Source of the DNA: a virus
DNA: 64,000 nucleotides
Direction: 5' to 3' (one strand)
UHGV virus genome: UHGV-1430452
The translations under genes were made by a program, and so were the position numbers. This document shows, in pieces, positions 48,832 through 57,489 of this stretch (positions within the stretch are counted from its first letter, which is position 1; every line of letters begins with the position of its first letter). The notes under the pieces were generated by a model. The model was not told the origin of the DNA, did not search any database, and saw only the letters and a program-made list of their open reading frames with translations.

Positions 48832-50550
48832 TTACAGTAGCTCGTTAACTCGATCCTGAATTTTCTGAATCATGTTGTGATCGTATCCAGCTTTTGCGAG
48901 GGCATTAATTCGTGCATCTCCATTACCGTATTTTCCGGCAATGACATCACGGGCTACATTATCAATCACTATCTGATTTACTTTCTTCTGCACAGTGTCT
49001 GGATTATAACCAGCTTTCTTGAGAGCAGACACACGAGCATCACCATTACCCCATTTTCCAGCTAAAACCTCTTTAGCTACTTCATCGATAGATTTAGTAG
49101 GTTTTGCAGGAGCTTTAAGTAGTTCATTCACTTTCTTCTGTACAGTGTCTGGATTATAACCAGCTTTCTTGAGAGCAGACACACGAGCATCACCATTACC
49201 CCATTTTCCAGCTAAAACCTCTTTAGCTACTTCATCGATAGATTTAGTAGGTTTTGCAGGAGCTTTAAGTAGTTCATTCACTTTCTTCTGTACAGTGTCT
49301 GGATTATAACCAGCTTTCTTGAGAGCAGACACACGAGCATCACCATTACCCCATTTACCGGCGATTACTTCTTTAGCAATTTCATCGATAGATTTGGTCG
49401 GTTTTGGCGTAGATGTAGGTTTAGATGTTGGTGCTGGTGTGGAAGAACTTTTCGCATATTTTGGTCTAGCAAAACCACGAATCATACCCCAGCCAACCGG
49501 AATGGTACGTCTTGCTACTGCTTCTCCTCTGTTACCTTCAATCGCTGTGATTTGTCCGTTTGAAACAGATTCCACATACCCGATATGATCAGAATATCCG
49601 TCGTTTGGCTGAGTCTTATCATCCCAGTTATAAACAATTACATCACCAGGTTTCGGAGTAATGGTGCCGTCCTCGACCCAAATGCCTTTCTGCTTAAAAA
49701 TCTTAATATGTTCCTCACAACCAACTTCTGTACCGATGAGATCGACTGCTCCGGATTTGATAGCTGCTGCTGATACTGTACAATCACACCATTCATCATT
49801 AGGTTTAATAGCGTATCCGCGAGCCAAAGGTTTGTGAGAATTATAGATGTTAAGAATCTCAATATATTTACCGTTAGCTTCAGAATAACCGAGCCAACTT
49901 CTCATAACATTAAGAACGTCCTGTGCTGTTACACCCAATTCCGTATCCTCCTGTTTTCCGTAAAAATAGTTCATGTCGACTTTACCTTTAATACCGCCTA
50001 CAGTTCCGGAACTCGTATACTGATGAACCAAACAACCGTAATCTGCTTTTCCGTTATAATCAGCGAGCCAGAATTTGTACTGTTTAATCAGATCATGATT
50101 ATACCAATTTCGATAGTAGTCGATATTTGCGTAGATTCCAGCTTTGTATCCCTGAGATTCTACGTACTCACAAAAGATTCTTGTAAAGTTATTACATTCA
50201 TTTTTACCAAGTCTCACACCTTTTGCAGCTGCTTTCTTGACTGTGTCATATTCGAAATCTGCGAAGATGATTGTGTTTTTATCAAGACCAGCTTTTCTAA
50301 CAACATCAACACAGAATTTTGCTTCGTCAAGTGCGCCCTGTTCGTTTAAGGCATAAATAAAATGGTAAGTTCCTATAATCGGAATCTTGTTGTTTTTACA
50401 CCCATTGACATACTCATAGAATTTTGAATCTACTGTCTTCCTGTAAGAAGATCTAAGAATCGCGAACTCTATTCCGGAGGACTTGACTTTAGAAAAATCT
50501 ACATCTCCCTGCCAATAGCTGATATCAATTCCTTTCTTCACAATCATCAT
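48832..50550 (-). CDS. Endolysin: GH25 muramidase + Cys/His peptidase domain (CHAP or NlpC/P60-like) + tandem CW_7 cell-wall-binding repeats
   Basis: 572 aa; GH25-like GIDISYWQG; Cys...His block; repeated IDEVAKEVLAGKWGNGDARVSALKKAGYNPDTVQKKVNELL. Confidence 0.88.
   Translation of the reverse strand: MMIVKKGIDISYWQGDVDFSKVKSSGIEFAILRSSYRKTVDSKFYEYVNGCKNNKIPIIGTYHFIYALNEQGALDEAKFCVDVVRKAGLDKNTIIFADFEYDTVKKAAAKGVRLGKNECNNFTRIFCEYVESQGYKAGIYANIDYYRNWYNHDLIKQYKFWLADYNGKADYGCLVHQYTSSGTVGGIKGKVDMNYFYGKQEDTELGVTAQDVLNVMRSWLGYSEANGKYIEILNIYNSHKPLARGYAIKPNDEWCDCTVSAAAIKSGAVDLIGTEVGCEEHIKIFKQKGIWVEDGTITPKPGDVIVYNWDDKTQPNDGYSDHIGYVESVSNGQITAIEGNRGEAVARRTIPVGWGMIRGFARPKYAKSSSTPAPTSKPTSTPKPTKSIDEIAKEVIAGKWGNGDARVSALKKAGYNPDTVQKKVNELLKAPAKPTKSIDEVAKEVLAGKWGNGDARVSALKKAGYNPDTVQKKVNELLKAPAKPTKSIDEVAKEVLAGKWGNGDARVSALKKAGYNPDTVQKKVNQIVIDNVARDVIAGKYGNGDARINALAKAGYDHNMIQKIQDRVNELL
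48981..49430. repeat. Three near-identical 150-bp tandem repeats (plus one divergent copy upstream) encoding the CW_7 repeats
   Basis: CTTTCTTCTG(C/T)ACAGTGTCTGGATTATAACCAGCTTTCTTGAGAGCAGACACACGAGCATCACC units at about 48981, 49132 and 49282. Confidence 0.8.
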
Positions 50551-51107
50551 CCTTTCGAATTGAATTTCTTTCTTCGAGCTGCATTCATTTCAGCATAACG
50601 ACTCATTAATTCTCGCTTACTTGTCTGTTTAGGTGGCTCATTGTGAGCACTACATACCCTTATCAAAGTAATAAGTCTATTAAGATGCCATTTTTCACAC
50701 TCAAATGGAATATTGTTTGCAATCATCCAATAATATATAAGCTCTGACGTTATGATCTCTCGATTTTTCTTTCCAGATCTTCTGTCATTGATAGTAGTTG
50801 CTGTCATTGGAGCATAAATATAGTCAGTTATTTGCTTTAAGTTATCTTCACTTAACCGACCATACACACTTGGATCAACATTCTTATTGAGTGTCATACA
50901 CCTTATGTAATCTATTGTTTCTTCAATGGTTTTCTCTTTATTTGTATAAAAAGGTTTACACCATTTTGATTCCCATTTTGAAAGAGAGATGAGTGAATGT
51001 TCTAATTGTAGTGTCTGCTCTTTCTGAGCTGGCACGGGTATAAACACTTGATTTCCTTCATCCCATAATTCGTCAGCTTCTCTAGCAGGTACTATAATCT
51101 GAATCAT
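50547..51107 (-). CDS. hypothetical protein, tail-module
   Basis: 186 aa; own RBS GGAGGG. Confidence 0.5.
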   Translation of the reverse strand: MIQIIVPAREADELWDEGNQVFIPVPAQKEQTLQLEHSLISLSKWESKWCKPFYTNKEKTIEETIDYIRCMTLNKNVDPSVYGRLSEDNLKQITDYIYAPMTATTINDRRSGKKNREIITSELIYYWMIANNIPFECEKWHLNRLITLIRVCSAHNEPPKQTSKRELMSRYAEMNAARRKKFNSKG

Positions 51108-51136
51108 TACTCATCCCTCCATTGTGTTCGAATTTA

Positions 51137-51550
51137 TTAAGCTCCTGGAAGCAGATTCTTTGAATTAGCTTCCTGTGCAACATCAGCCGGAACGATGCCG
51201 TTAATAAATGCCGCTGCTGCTTCTGCGTCTGTAGCAAGTTCCATGAAGAGTGTGGAATAAGCTTCTGTCTGTGAAAACTTTCTTGACAGTGGTCTTCCGT
51301 CCTCATCAAGTTTCATGAAACCTTTACCATCCGGAGCCTTTTCTCCATATGCTTTAAGAATAAGATCTTTAAAGATAGCTACGATTGTCGGAGTATCCTG
51401 TGCTGCCACGACTTTCTCAATCATCTCAGCGAATCCACCAACTGTAGATAATTCCATCTCCATAATTTCTGCTTTAGAAAGGTTGAAGTAATATGTATCT
51501 TCTCTTTCTACTCCGTTGTAATCTGTGTATTTAATAGCTTTTTTTAACAT
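51137..51550 (-). CDS. Putative tail assembly chaperone
   Basis: 137 aa; size, acidic composition and position just after the major tail gene. Confidence 0.5.
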   Translation of the reverse strand: MLKKAIKYTDYNGVEREDTYYFNLSKAEIMEMELSTVGGFAEMIEKVVAAQDTPTIVAIFKDLILKAYGEKAPDGKGFMKLDEDGRPLSRKFSQTEAYSTLFMELATDAEAAAAFINGIVPADVAQEANSKNLLPGA

Positions 51551-51646
51551 GTTGTTCTCCTTTCAATTTTTCAACGTTTAATAATTAAAAAAAAAGACCC
51601 CACCTATTGCTAAGCGGGGCCTATCGTTATTCCATTACTTAGTTAC

Positions 51647-52312
51647 TTACGCACCTGTCGTAGTTTTCATCATAGTAGCAACCTCATCCGGGAGTGGAAG
51701 TCTTGCTTCTGTATCCTCGTCACCGTAAAGAACTGCCTCCAGTGCTGCCAGTTTAGTTGGATCAGCTGTGGTAGAGTCGATTATGAGATGAGATGTAGGT
51801 TTGAAATTAGCTACAGATACCGGAGTAGTACTACACTCCCAGGACATAGTAGCCGCTTCCGGACTATCATTTACAGTCGCACGAGATACTTCGGAAGGAG
51901 CTGCAAGAGCACCGTATACCAGATGCAGTTTGTAACCATGTGATTCGCCCTCTGTATCATTACCAATAAGGCTTCGATAAGATAAACCGAAATTTTTACG
52001 TTTCTGCTGTCCAATCTTAACGCCGGTTGCAATTTCTCCTTCACCGTTACATTCTGCGAATTCATCGGGATACATATAAGCTTCGATTGTGAAACCAAAT
52101 TCCTCAGCGGACATAAGTGTCACATACTTAATGTTATCTGCATAGAGCGGTGTCGGTTCTGCTCCAGATGGTGATTCTGTTACAGCTGTAAGACCATTCC
52201 ATGCTGCTCCTTTCGGATAGTTTCCATCAGTTCCCATTGGATAAATTACGCCATGATCGACGCCAGTTTCAAACAAACGTTCGCCTGTTGCGTCCCATAC
52301 AAGTTTAGCCAT
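51647..52312 (-). CDS. Putative major tail (tube) protein
   Basis: 221 aa; between head-tail connector genes and the chaperone. Confidence 0.55.
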   Translation of the reverse strand: MAKLVWDATGERLFETGVDHGVIYPMGTDGNYPKGAAWNGLTAVTESPSGAEPTPLYADNIKYVTLMSAEEFGFTIEAYMYPDEFAECNGEGEIATGVKIGQQKRKNFGLSYRSLIGNDTEGESHGYKLHLVYGALAAPSEVSRATVNDSPEAATMSWECSTTPVSVANFKPTSHLIIDSTTADPTKLAALEAVLYGDEDTEARLPLPDEVATMMKTTTGA

Positions 52313-52326
52313 ATTTGATTTCCTCC

Positions 52327-52647
52327 TTAATAATATAGCGTTAATACATCGTGATTGAGATTATCGGCTTTATACAGCCTATCGTAAGAGCAGTATGGAA
52401 GTTCCATAAGCTTCTGTATAACAGGATTATCCGGTAATTTACTAATCACGGTAATGTCATATTTCCTACGTGTTAAATATGTTGAGTTGTTAGCTTTCAT
52501 GGTTTCGATATCACTTAATGAATACACAATAGCTGGATAACTCATTTGAAGTGACGCTGGGGGTTGATAGAAAACCTGGTTACTACCAAGAAGTTCTTCA
52601 AGTTTCGCTTGTAGTTCTAATCTACTAGCCACGCCACACACCCCCAA
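52327..52647 (-). CDS. Putative head-tail connector/completion protein
   Basis: 106 aa; position. Confidence 0.45.
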   Translation of the reverse strand: MGVCGVASRLELQAKLEELLGSNQVFYQPPASLQMSYPAIVYSLSDIETMKANNSTYLTRRKYDITVISKLPDNPVIQKLMELPYCSYDRLYKADNLNHDVLTLYY

Positions 52648-52942
52648 TCGATAATATCAGTCTAGGATACTGAACTTCGACGTCTGTCACTTTCCATTTC
52701 TCATTTGAGAATTCAATCCAAGTCATGGCAGATACATGATCTCTGGCGTAGGGATCGGCCACTATACTAATCTGGTTTGAGATATTAATATCATCGTTAA
52801 CGTTTCCAGAATTCTGCCGTTTCCACCGATTGCTCATGATATCACCAAAATACTGACGTTCGACGATTTCATCTTCTATCCAGACACCAGGCTCAACCTC
52901 GCCAGTATAAGTAAATCCGATCTTCCCACACCATTTATTCAT
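52625..52942 (-). CDS. Putative head-tail adaptor/head closure protein
   Basis: 105 aa; first gene after the capsid gene. Confidence 0.45.
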   Translation of the reverse strand: MNKWCGKIGFTYTGEVEPGVWIEDEIVERQYFGDIMSNRWKRQNSGNVNDDINISNQISIVADPYARDHVSAMTWIEFSNEKWKVTDVEVQYPRLILSIGGVWRG

Positions 52943-52966
52943 GTTCTATCACTCCATTTTGAATTG

Positions 52967-54904
52967 TTAGGCAGTTTCTTTCACGAATTCAAGAGCTACT
53001 GCGGAATACGGTTTAACAAGTGTACCGGAGCAACGTGTCTCCATAAGATACTTCTGCTTGTTGTAATCGATATCGAAATCATCGAAGAAGTTGATTTCTC
53101 CACCCTTATCTGTACCTACGTTGTAATCTTTAAGATTTACATAGATACCAGCAAGCTCATATGTCTTATTTTCATCGTCTGTTCTTGTAAGACCTTCCAT
53201 TACCGGAACCGGAACGATTTCTCTTACGCGAAGAGATGCTGCAAGTTTCTGTACGCTATCATAGATAACACGTCCGTTTGTATCTTCAATGAGCAAGCAA
53301 TCTGTAAGCATATCCTCAGACATGAACATATCAGGGTTGCCAGATCCTTTATAATTCTTTCTGGATTTGATGCAAGCTTTGATGAATGCCTTAGCTTTCT
53401 CTTCAGCAGTAGCGGAATCGCTTACATTGATAGCTGCTTTAACTGTGAAAAGATCTTCCATCTTCCAGATAGGTCTGATGCAGTCCTCATTGATTTTATC
53501 GTTAGCCTCTTCAACCGGATCTCTTCCATCACCGATAAGGAATGCGCGAGCAAGTTCCTCATCAAGCATCATACGAACTTCTCTCTTCAGCCATGGAAGA
53601 ATATCGAAATCTGTAATATCAAGCATGTCATCGCGATCTAATGCCTGTTTCTTGTATACAGTTGTTGGATTTGTTACACGTTTGAGAAGCTTAAATACTT
53701 CTTCAATTTTAAGTTTGCCTTTCTGGTATCCCTTTGCTCTAGCCTGTGCTGCTGTGATGTCAGCAAAGATAGTTTTGATACGGGAGAACGGTGTGTGATG
53801 TACTCCGCCAAGTACTTTTGATACCCAATCGTCATTACGTTTGATAAATTCCGGTTCATTGTTAAGATTCTTTGCATCCGGGAATAAGATGTCAATGTCT
53901 GTGATACCATGAGCAAGCACTGCCTCTTTAAGAGAACCTGAGCGTTTCGCATCTTCGAAAATCGCAGTCATCTCGGAGTGTGTAAGCACATCATCTGCCA
54001 TAGGGGTTTCATTGTCGAATACGTTGTGTTTCATATTTTTGTTTCCTCCTTCATTTTCATCATCTTCTTCGGTTTCAACACCAGCATCTTCTAATGCCTG
54101 TCCGATCATAGCGTACACAACAGTTTTCTGTTTCTCAGAAAGAGTGTTGAATACATCAGCTACAGTTTCTTCTTTGTTTTCTCCCTTTGTTTCTTCCTCG
54201 GCATGTTTTACTTCTTCCTCAGAATGGGTTACTTCTTCTTTGTCTGGTTTATCATCGTTTTCTTCTTTGATACCAGCATCTTCTAATGCCTGTCCGATCA
54301 TAGCGTACACAACAGTTTTCTGTTTTTCAGAAAGAGTGTTGAATACATCAGCTACAGTTTCGTCCTTATTTTCTTCGGCATTATGTTTTTTGGTTTCTTC
54401 TGCCATTTTTTCTTCTCCTTTCTCAGAAGTATCTGCGTGGAACAATGACTCCACATTTTCGATATATTCGCCTGAGCTGATATATCCCTCTTCATAAGAA
54501 TCTTCGCCATGCATCATGACAGACTCTATTACTGCGCCTGGATTAGCACCAGCTAAAACCAAACTAAGCTCACGAATGACTCCGTGAACTACATTACTTC
54601 CCTGCTGTTTAAGTCTGTTGGCATATATGGAAAATCTATTCACATCACCATGCTGAACCAGCAATTTAGCATTCTGCCCTGATTCCGTATCGTTAAATGT
54701 GCAATATGCATACACACCTTCGTCCCTGTTTTCCAGCAAGGCATGACCGAGCACTTCATCTACGCTATTATGCTGATGATTCCAAACTAACGGTACAGTT
54801 TCACCATCGCACTCTTTGAATGCATCTTTCATGATGACTCTACCGTCCGCACACAGCATGTCAGCTTTAGTAGCCCAGCCAGAACAATCATATGACTTAG
54901 CCAT
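52967..54904 (-). CDS. Fusion of prohead protease-like domain, acidic scaffold-like duplicated linker and HK97-fold major capsid protein
   Basis: 645 aa; N-terminal S78-like block (WNHQH...VLG...GDVNRFSIY); duplicated EETVADVFNTLSEKQKTVVYAMIGQALEDAG; C-terminal 370 aa is the only capsid-sized candidate. Confidence 0.65.
   Translation of the reverse strand: MAKSYDCSGWATKADMLCADGRVIMKDAFKECDGETVPLVWNHQHNSVDEVLGHALLENRDEGVYAYCTFNDTESGQNAKLLVQHGDVNRFSIYANRLKQQGSNVVHGVIRELSLVLAGANPGAVIESVMMHGEDSYEEGYISSGEYIENVESLFHADTSEKGEEKMAEETKKHNAEENKDETVADVFNTLSEKQKTVVYAMIGQALEDAGIKEENDDKPDKEEVTHSEEEVKHAEEETKGENKEETVADVFNTLSEKQKTVVYAMIGQALEDAGVETEEDDENEGGNKNMKHNVFDNETPMADDVLTHSEMTAIFEDAKRSGSLKEAVLAHGITDIDILFPDAKNLNNEPEFIKRNDDWVSKVLGGVHHTPFSRIKTIFADITAAQARAKGYQKGKLKIEEVFKLLKRVTNPTTVYKKQALDRDDMLDITDFDILPWLKREVRMMLDEELARAFLIGDGRDPVEEANDKINEDCIRPIWKMEDLFTVKAAINVSDSATAEEKAKAFIKACIKSRKNYKGSGNPDMFMSEDMLTDCLLIEDTNGRVIYDSVQKLAASLRVREIVPVPVMEGLTRTDDENKTYELAGIYVNLKDYNVGTDKGGEINFFDDFDIDYNKQKYLMETRCSGTLVKPYSAVALEFVKETA
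54089..54365. repeat. Direct repeat of about 90 bp (two copies) inside the protease-capsid fusion gene
   Basis: CTTCTAATGCCTGTCCGATCATAGCGTACACAACAGTTTTCTGTTT(C/T)TCAGAAAGAGTGTTGAATACATCAGCTACAGTTTC at about 54089 and 54279. Confidence 0.7.
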
Positions 54905-54943
54905 TTTGATTTTCTGCCTCCTTTTTAATTAACTTAAACTGCA

Positions 54944-55279
54944 TTAAACCGAAGCAGTGAAAGTAACAGCTGTTGAACTTCCATCACTAGCGATAAGACC
55001 AGTAGACTTAAGGCATACCGGTTTGTAATATGTATCTGTCATGTAAACAGTTACTCCTTTAAGGAATAACTCCTGGAGATCTTCCTTCATGACTTTCTCC
55101 GCTTTTGCTTCCTTATCGTAGAACAGAACTTTTGAAGAATTTGCATATAAAACAACTGTTTTTACAAACTTTTCATCATATGCTGCATTAACTGTTTCTC
55201 TTTTAGCCATAATTATTTTCCTCCATTTGTTAATAATGTGTATTGTTTCACAATCATAGGTCCGAAATTGGTGTGTCAC
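54944..55279 (-). CDS. hypothetical head-module protein (true start may be the internal MAKRETV...)
   Basis: 111-aa ORF overlapping the portal 3' end. Confidence 0.4.
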   Translation of the reverse strand: MTHQFRTYDCETIHIINKWRKIIMAKRETVNAAYDEKFVKTVVLYANSSKVLFYDKEAKAEKVMKEDLQELFLKGVTVYMTDTYYKPVCLKSTGLIASDGSSTAVTFTASV

Positions 55280-56525
55280 CTAATGAGGGTTCTTCCTCTG
55301 GTGGAATATCTTCTTCACTTATATCCGGAGTTGGATTCAATCCAGTTCCTGTTTGATTGATGTTGCTATTTACTAACTGGTCAGCTTTTGGATCATCTGA
55401 TGGTTTCATACCAATAATCTGTCGAACCTCATTAGCTGTAAGTATTTCATTCTGCGTAAACACTCCAGCGATTTCAGCCAGTTTACTAAGAGGAACGAGT
55501 CTAAACGAATCTCTGAAGAATTTGATAGTCTGATTCTGAGATCGTGCTGTCTTTGTTAAAAACTTGCGTTTCATCTCATCGACGATTGCTGCGACAATTG
55601 GCTCAATAGTCCTTGAATAGTAGTTCAGCATTTCTTCTTCGCTCGCTGATCCATCGAGTATCGCCTGTGTGATTCCAAGCTGGCTGTATAGTTGAGCAGT
55701 TAGATATTCCACTTGTTTCATCAGGTTATTGTCGAGAGGTCTGTTTAACTGCACTATCTTTTCAGTTCCATCAACATAGCCAATACCGTAAGTGGAACCG
55801 CTTAGCTGTTGCTCCAGGTCCGCACGTCTTTCATTAGCTAGTTTTCGCCGAGCTTCAGATTTAATAGAATATGGTAGCTGAATAATCATGTCCAATTTTC
55901 CACTACTGATACGTTCGTCCATTCTATCGAGAAGGGCAAGTTTTCGCGTAAGACGCTGCATGGTAGAATTATGCTCATTGATAACCGCATATAAAGGATT
56001 CTCAACTATAGCTACCATTTTCTTTTCAAGCTTAATGTCTTCTCGTTCTCCTGTTCGTTCATTGTAAACTCTAACTTTCACATGGTTTGGATACCATTCA
56101 AGAATTTTACCAGTTCGCATGGAAAGTATTTTATATGATTCAGTTTGAGATGGATCTATATCTGTATCAACAGGAACTATTGCTACACAGCCCTCGTCAA
56201 GCATAGACATAACGATATCTTGTGTGAATGCTCTACCAGTCTGATCGATATTCGCTTCAAGATTCAGACATTTATTAAGAGTCGAATCAATCTTTTCTAT
56301 AAATCTACCGTTACTGTCTATACGACAGTGATTAATATTTATAGAAGAGACATCCAAAGCTATTCGATTAAAAATAGCAGTAACAACAGATCGCTCATTA
56401 CCCCTAGTGAATCTCGGCCTATCCGGTCTATTTGAATATCCTGGACCAATGTTACGAGAGTCATATGTCGGATCTCGGTTCATGAAAGCATTCCACGAAT
56501 GCCGAAGTCTATCTATAAAATCCAT
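55254..56525 (-). CDS. Portal protein
   Basis: 423 aa; between terminase and capsid/protease; acidic C-terminus. Confidence 0.7.
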   Translation of the reverse strand: MDFIDRLRHSWNAFMNRDPTYDSRNIGPGYSNRPDRPRFTRGNERSVVTAIFNRIALDVSSININHCRIDSNGRFIEKIDSTLNKCLNLEANIDQTGRAFTQDIVMSMLDEGCVAIVPVDTDIDPSQTESYKILSMRTGKILEWYPNHVKVRVYNERTGEREDIKLEKKMVAIVENPLYAVINEHNSTMQRLTRKLALLDRMDERISSGKLDMIIQLPYSIKSEARRKLANERRADLEQQLSGSTYGIGYVDGTEKIVQLNRPLDNNLMKQVEYLTAQLYSQLGITQAILDGSASEEEMLNYYSRTIEPIVAAIVDEMKRKFLTKTARSQNQTIKFFRDSFRLVPLSKLAEIAGVFTQNEILTANEVRQIIGMKPSDDPKADQLVNSNINQTGTGLNPTPDISEEDIPPEEEPSLGDTPISDL

Positions 56526-56539
56526 TTTGATTTTACCTC

Positions 56540-57136
56540 CTATGGTGTTGATGGATTAAGACTTTCAGCGATTTTAGCGTCTATGTATGAATGTATTTCA
56601 GCTATATCCGCTTCCGTCCAATAATCAGTACCTCTGACAGGTGTCTTCCCATCAGTACCAGGATCTCCTTTTGGTCCAGCATCACCAGTATCACCTTTTG
56701 GTCCCTGAACACCCTGTTCACCTTGAGGTCCGGTTAATCCTGTATCTCCCTTTGGACCCTGAATACCTTGTTCACCTTGAGGTCCAGTAGCTCCGGTATC
56801 ACCTTTTGGTCCCTGGATACCCTGTTCACCTTTCGGGCCTGTAGCTCCGGTATCACCTTTCGGACCTTTAAGACTAGCTAACCATTCAGTCTCGCTTCCT
56901 TCGAAACCAGTAGAAAGCGCTACTTGATAAGCAGAATCACCTGGATCTCCTTTTTCACCAGGAGGGCCAGGAGTGGTTGAACCAGTTCCTCCGTTAGTAA
57001 TGAGCTCGCATAATTCCCAAAGCAATTCTTCAGCTCTAGACTGAGGTCTCGGCAATCCTTCAGTACCTTTCTGTAAGATAGTATTTTTCATATATTCTTC
57101 AAATCTACTATCCGGTATGTATGTTTCATCGATCAT
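56540..57136 (-). CDS. Collagen-like repeat protein (G-x-y triple-helix repeats)
   Basis: 198 aa; GPKGDTGATGPKGEQGIQGPKGDTGATGPQGEQGIQGPKGDTG... Confidence 0.7.
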   Translation of the reverse strand: MIDETYIPDSRFEEYMKNTILQKGTEGLPRPQSRAEELLWELCELITNGGTGSTTPGPPGEKGDPGDSAYQVALSTGFEGSETEWLASLKGPKGDTGATGPKGEQGIQGPKGDTGATGPQGEQGIQGPKGDTGLTGPQGEQGVQGPKGDTGDAGPKGDPGTDGKTPVRGTDYWTEADIAEIHSYIDAKIAESLNPSTP

Positions 57137-57154
57137 TTTGTCACCTCTAAGTGC

Positions 57155-57400
57155 TTAGAGTTCAATTCCTTCAATGGCTGCTCTTACCTCAAGACATCTG
57201 AGATACTCGCCCATGTAACGTTTCTGCTCCTGAAGTTTTGCTATCGGGCAAGTTGGTTTGAAGTCGAGAACTCCTGCTTCATGTTTTACAAGCATCTGAT
57301 GTAATTTGTCATATCGAATCTTTGTCTGATAATACTCAGCTTTAAAACGATCTTTATAATCGGAACTATTCATAAGTTCAATCGTGTCTTTTAACTCCAT
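57155..57400 (-). CDS. hypothetical protein
   Basis: 81 aa; RBS AAGGAGG. Confidence 0.45.
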   Translation of the reverse strand: MELKDTIELMNSSDYKDRFKAEYYQTKIRYDKLHQMLVKHEAGVLDFKPTCPIAKLQEQKRYMGEYLRCLEVRAAIEGIEL

Positions 57401-57420
57401 TTTGAATTTACCTCCTTATC

Positions 57421-57477
57421 TTATTTACGGCCGCCTTTCTTACCGCCTTTTCCTTTACGTCCACCTTTACATGCCAT
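57421..57477 (-). CDS. Possible micro-ORF encoding an 18-aa Gly/Lys/Arg-rich peptide (MACKGGRKGKGGKKGGRK)
   Basis: ATG 7 nt after GAGGTG; in-frame stop; coding status unproven. Confidence 0.2.
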   Translation of the reverse strand: MACKGGRKGKGGKKGGRK

Positions 57478-57489
57478 AGTTTTTCACCT

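Noticed and set aside
50547-51550. Programmed -1 frameshift between tail chaperone genes (gpG/gpGT-like)
   Set aside because: The two candidate genes are separated by a stop and the downstream gene has its own RBS and ATG; I found no slippery heptamer overlap by eye. The endolysin also lies between these genes and the tape measure gene.
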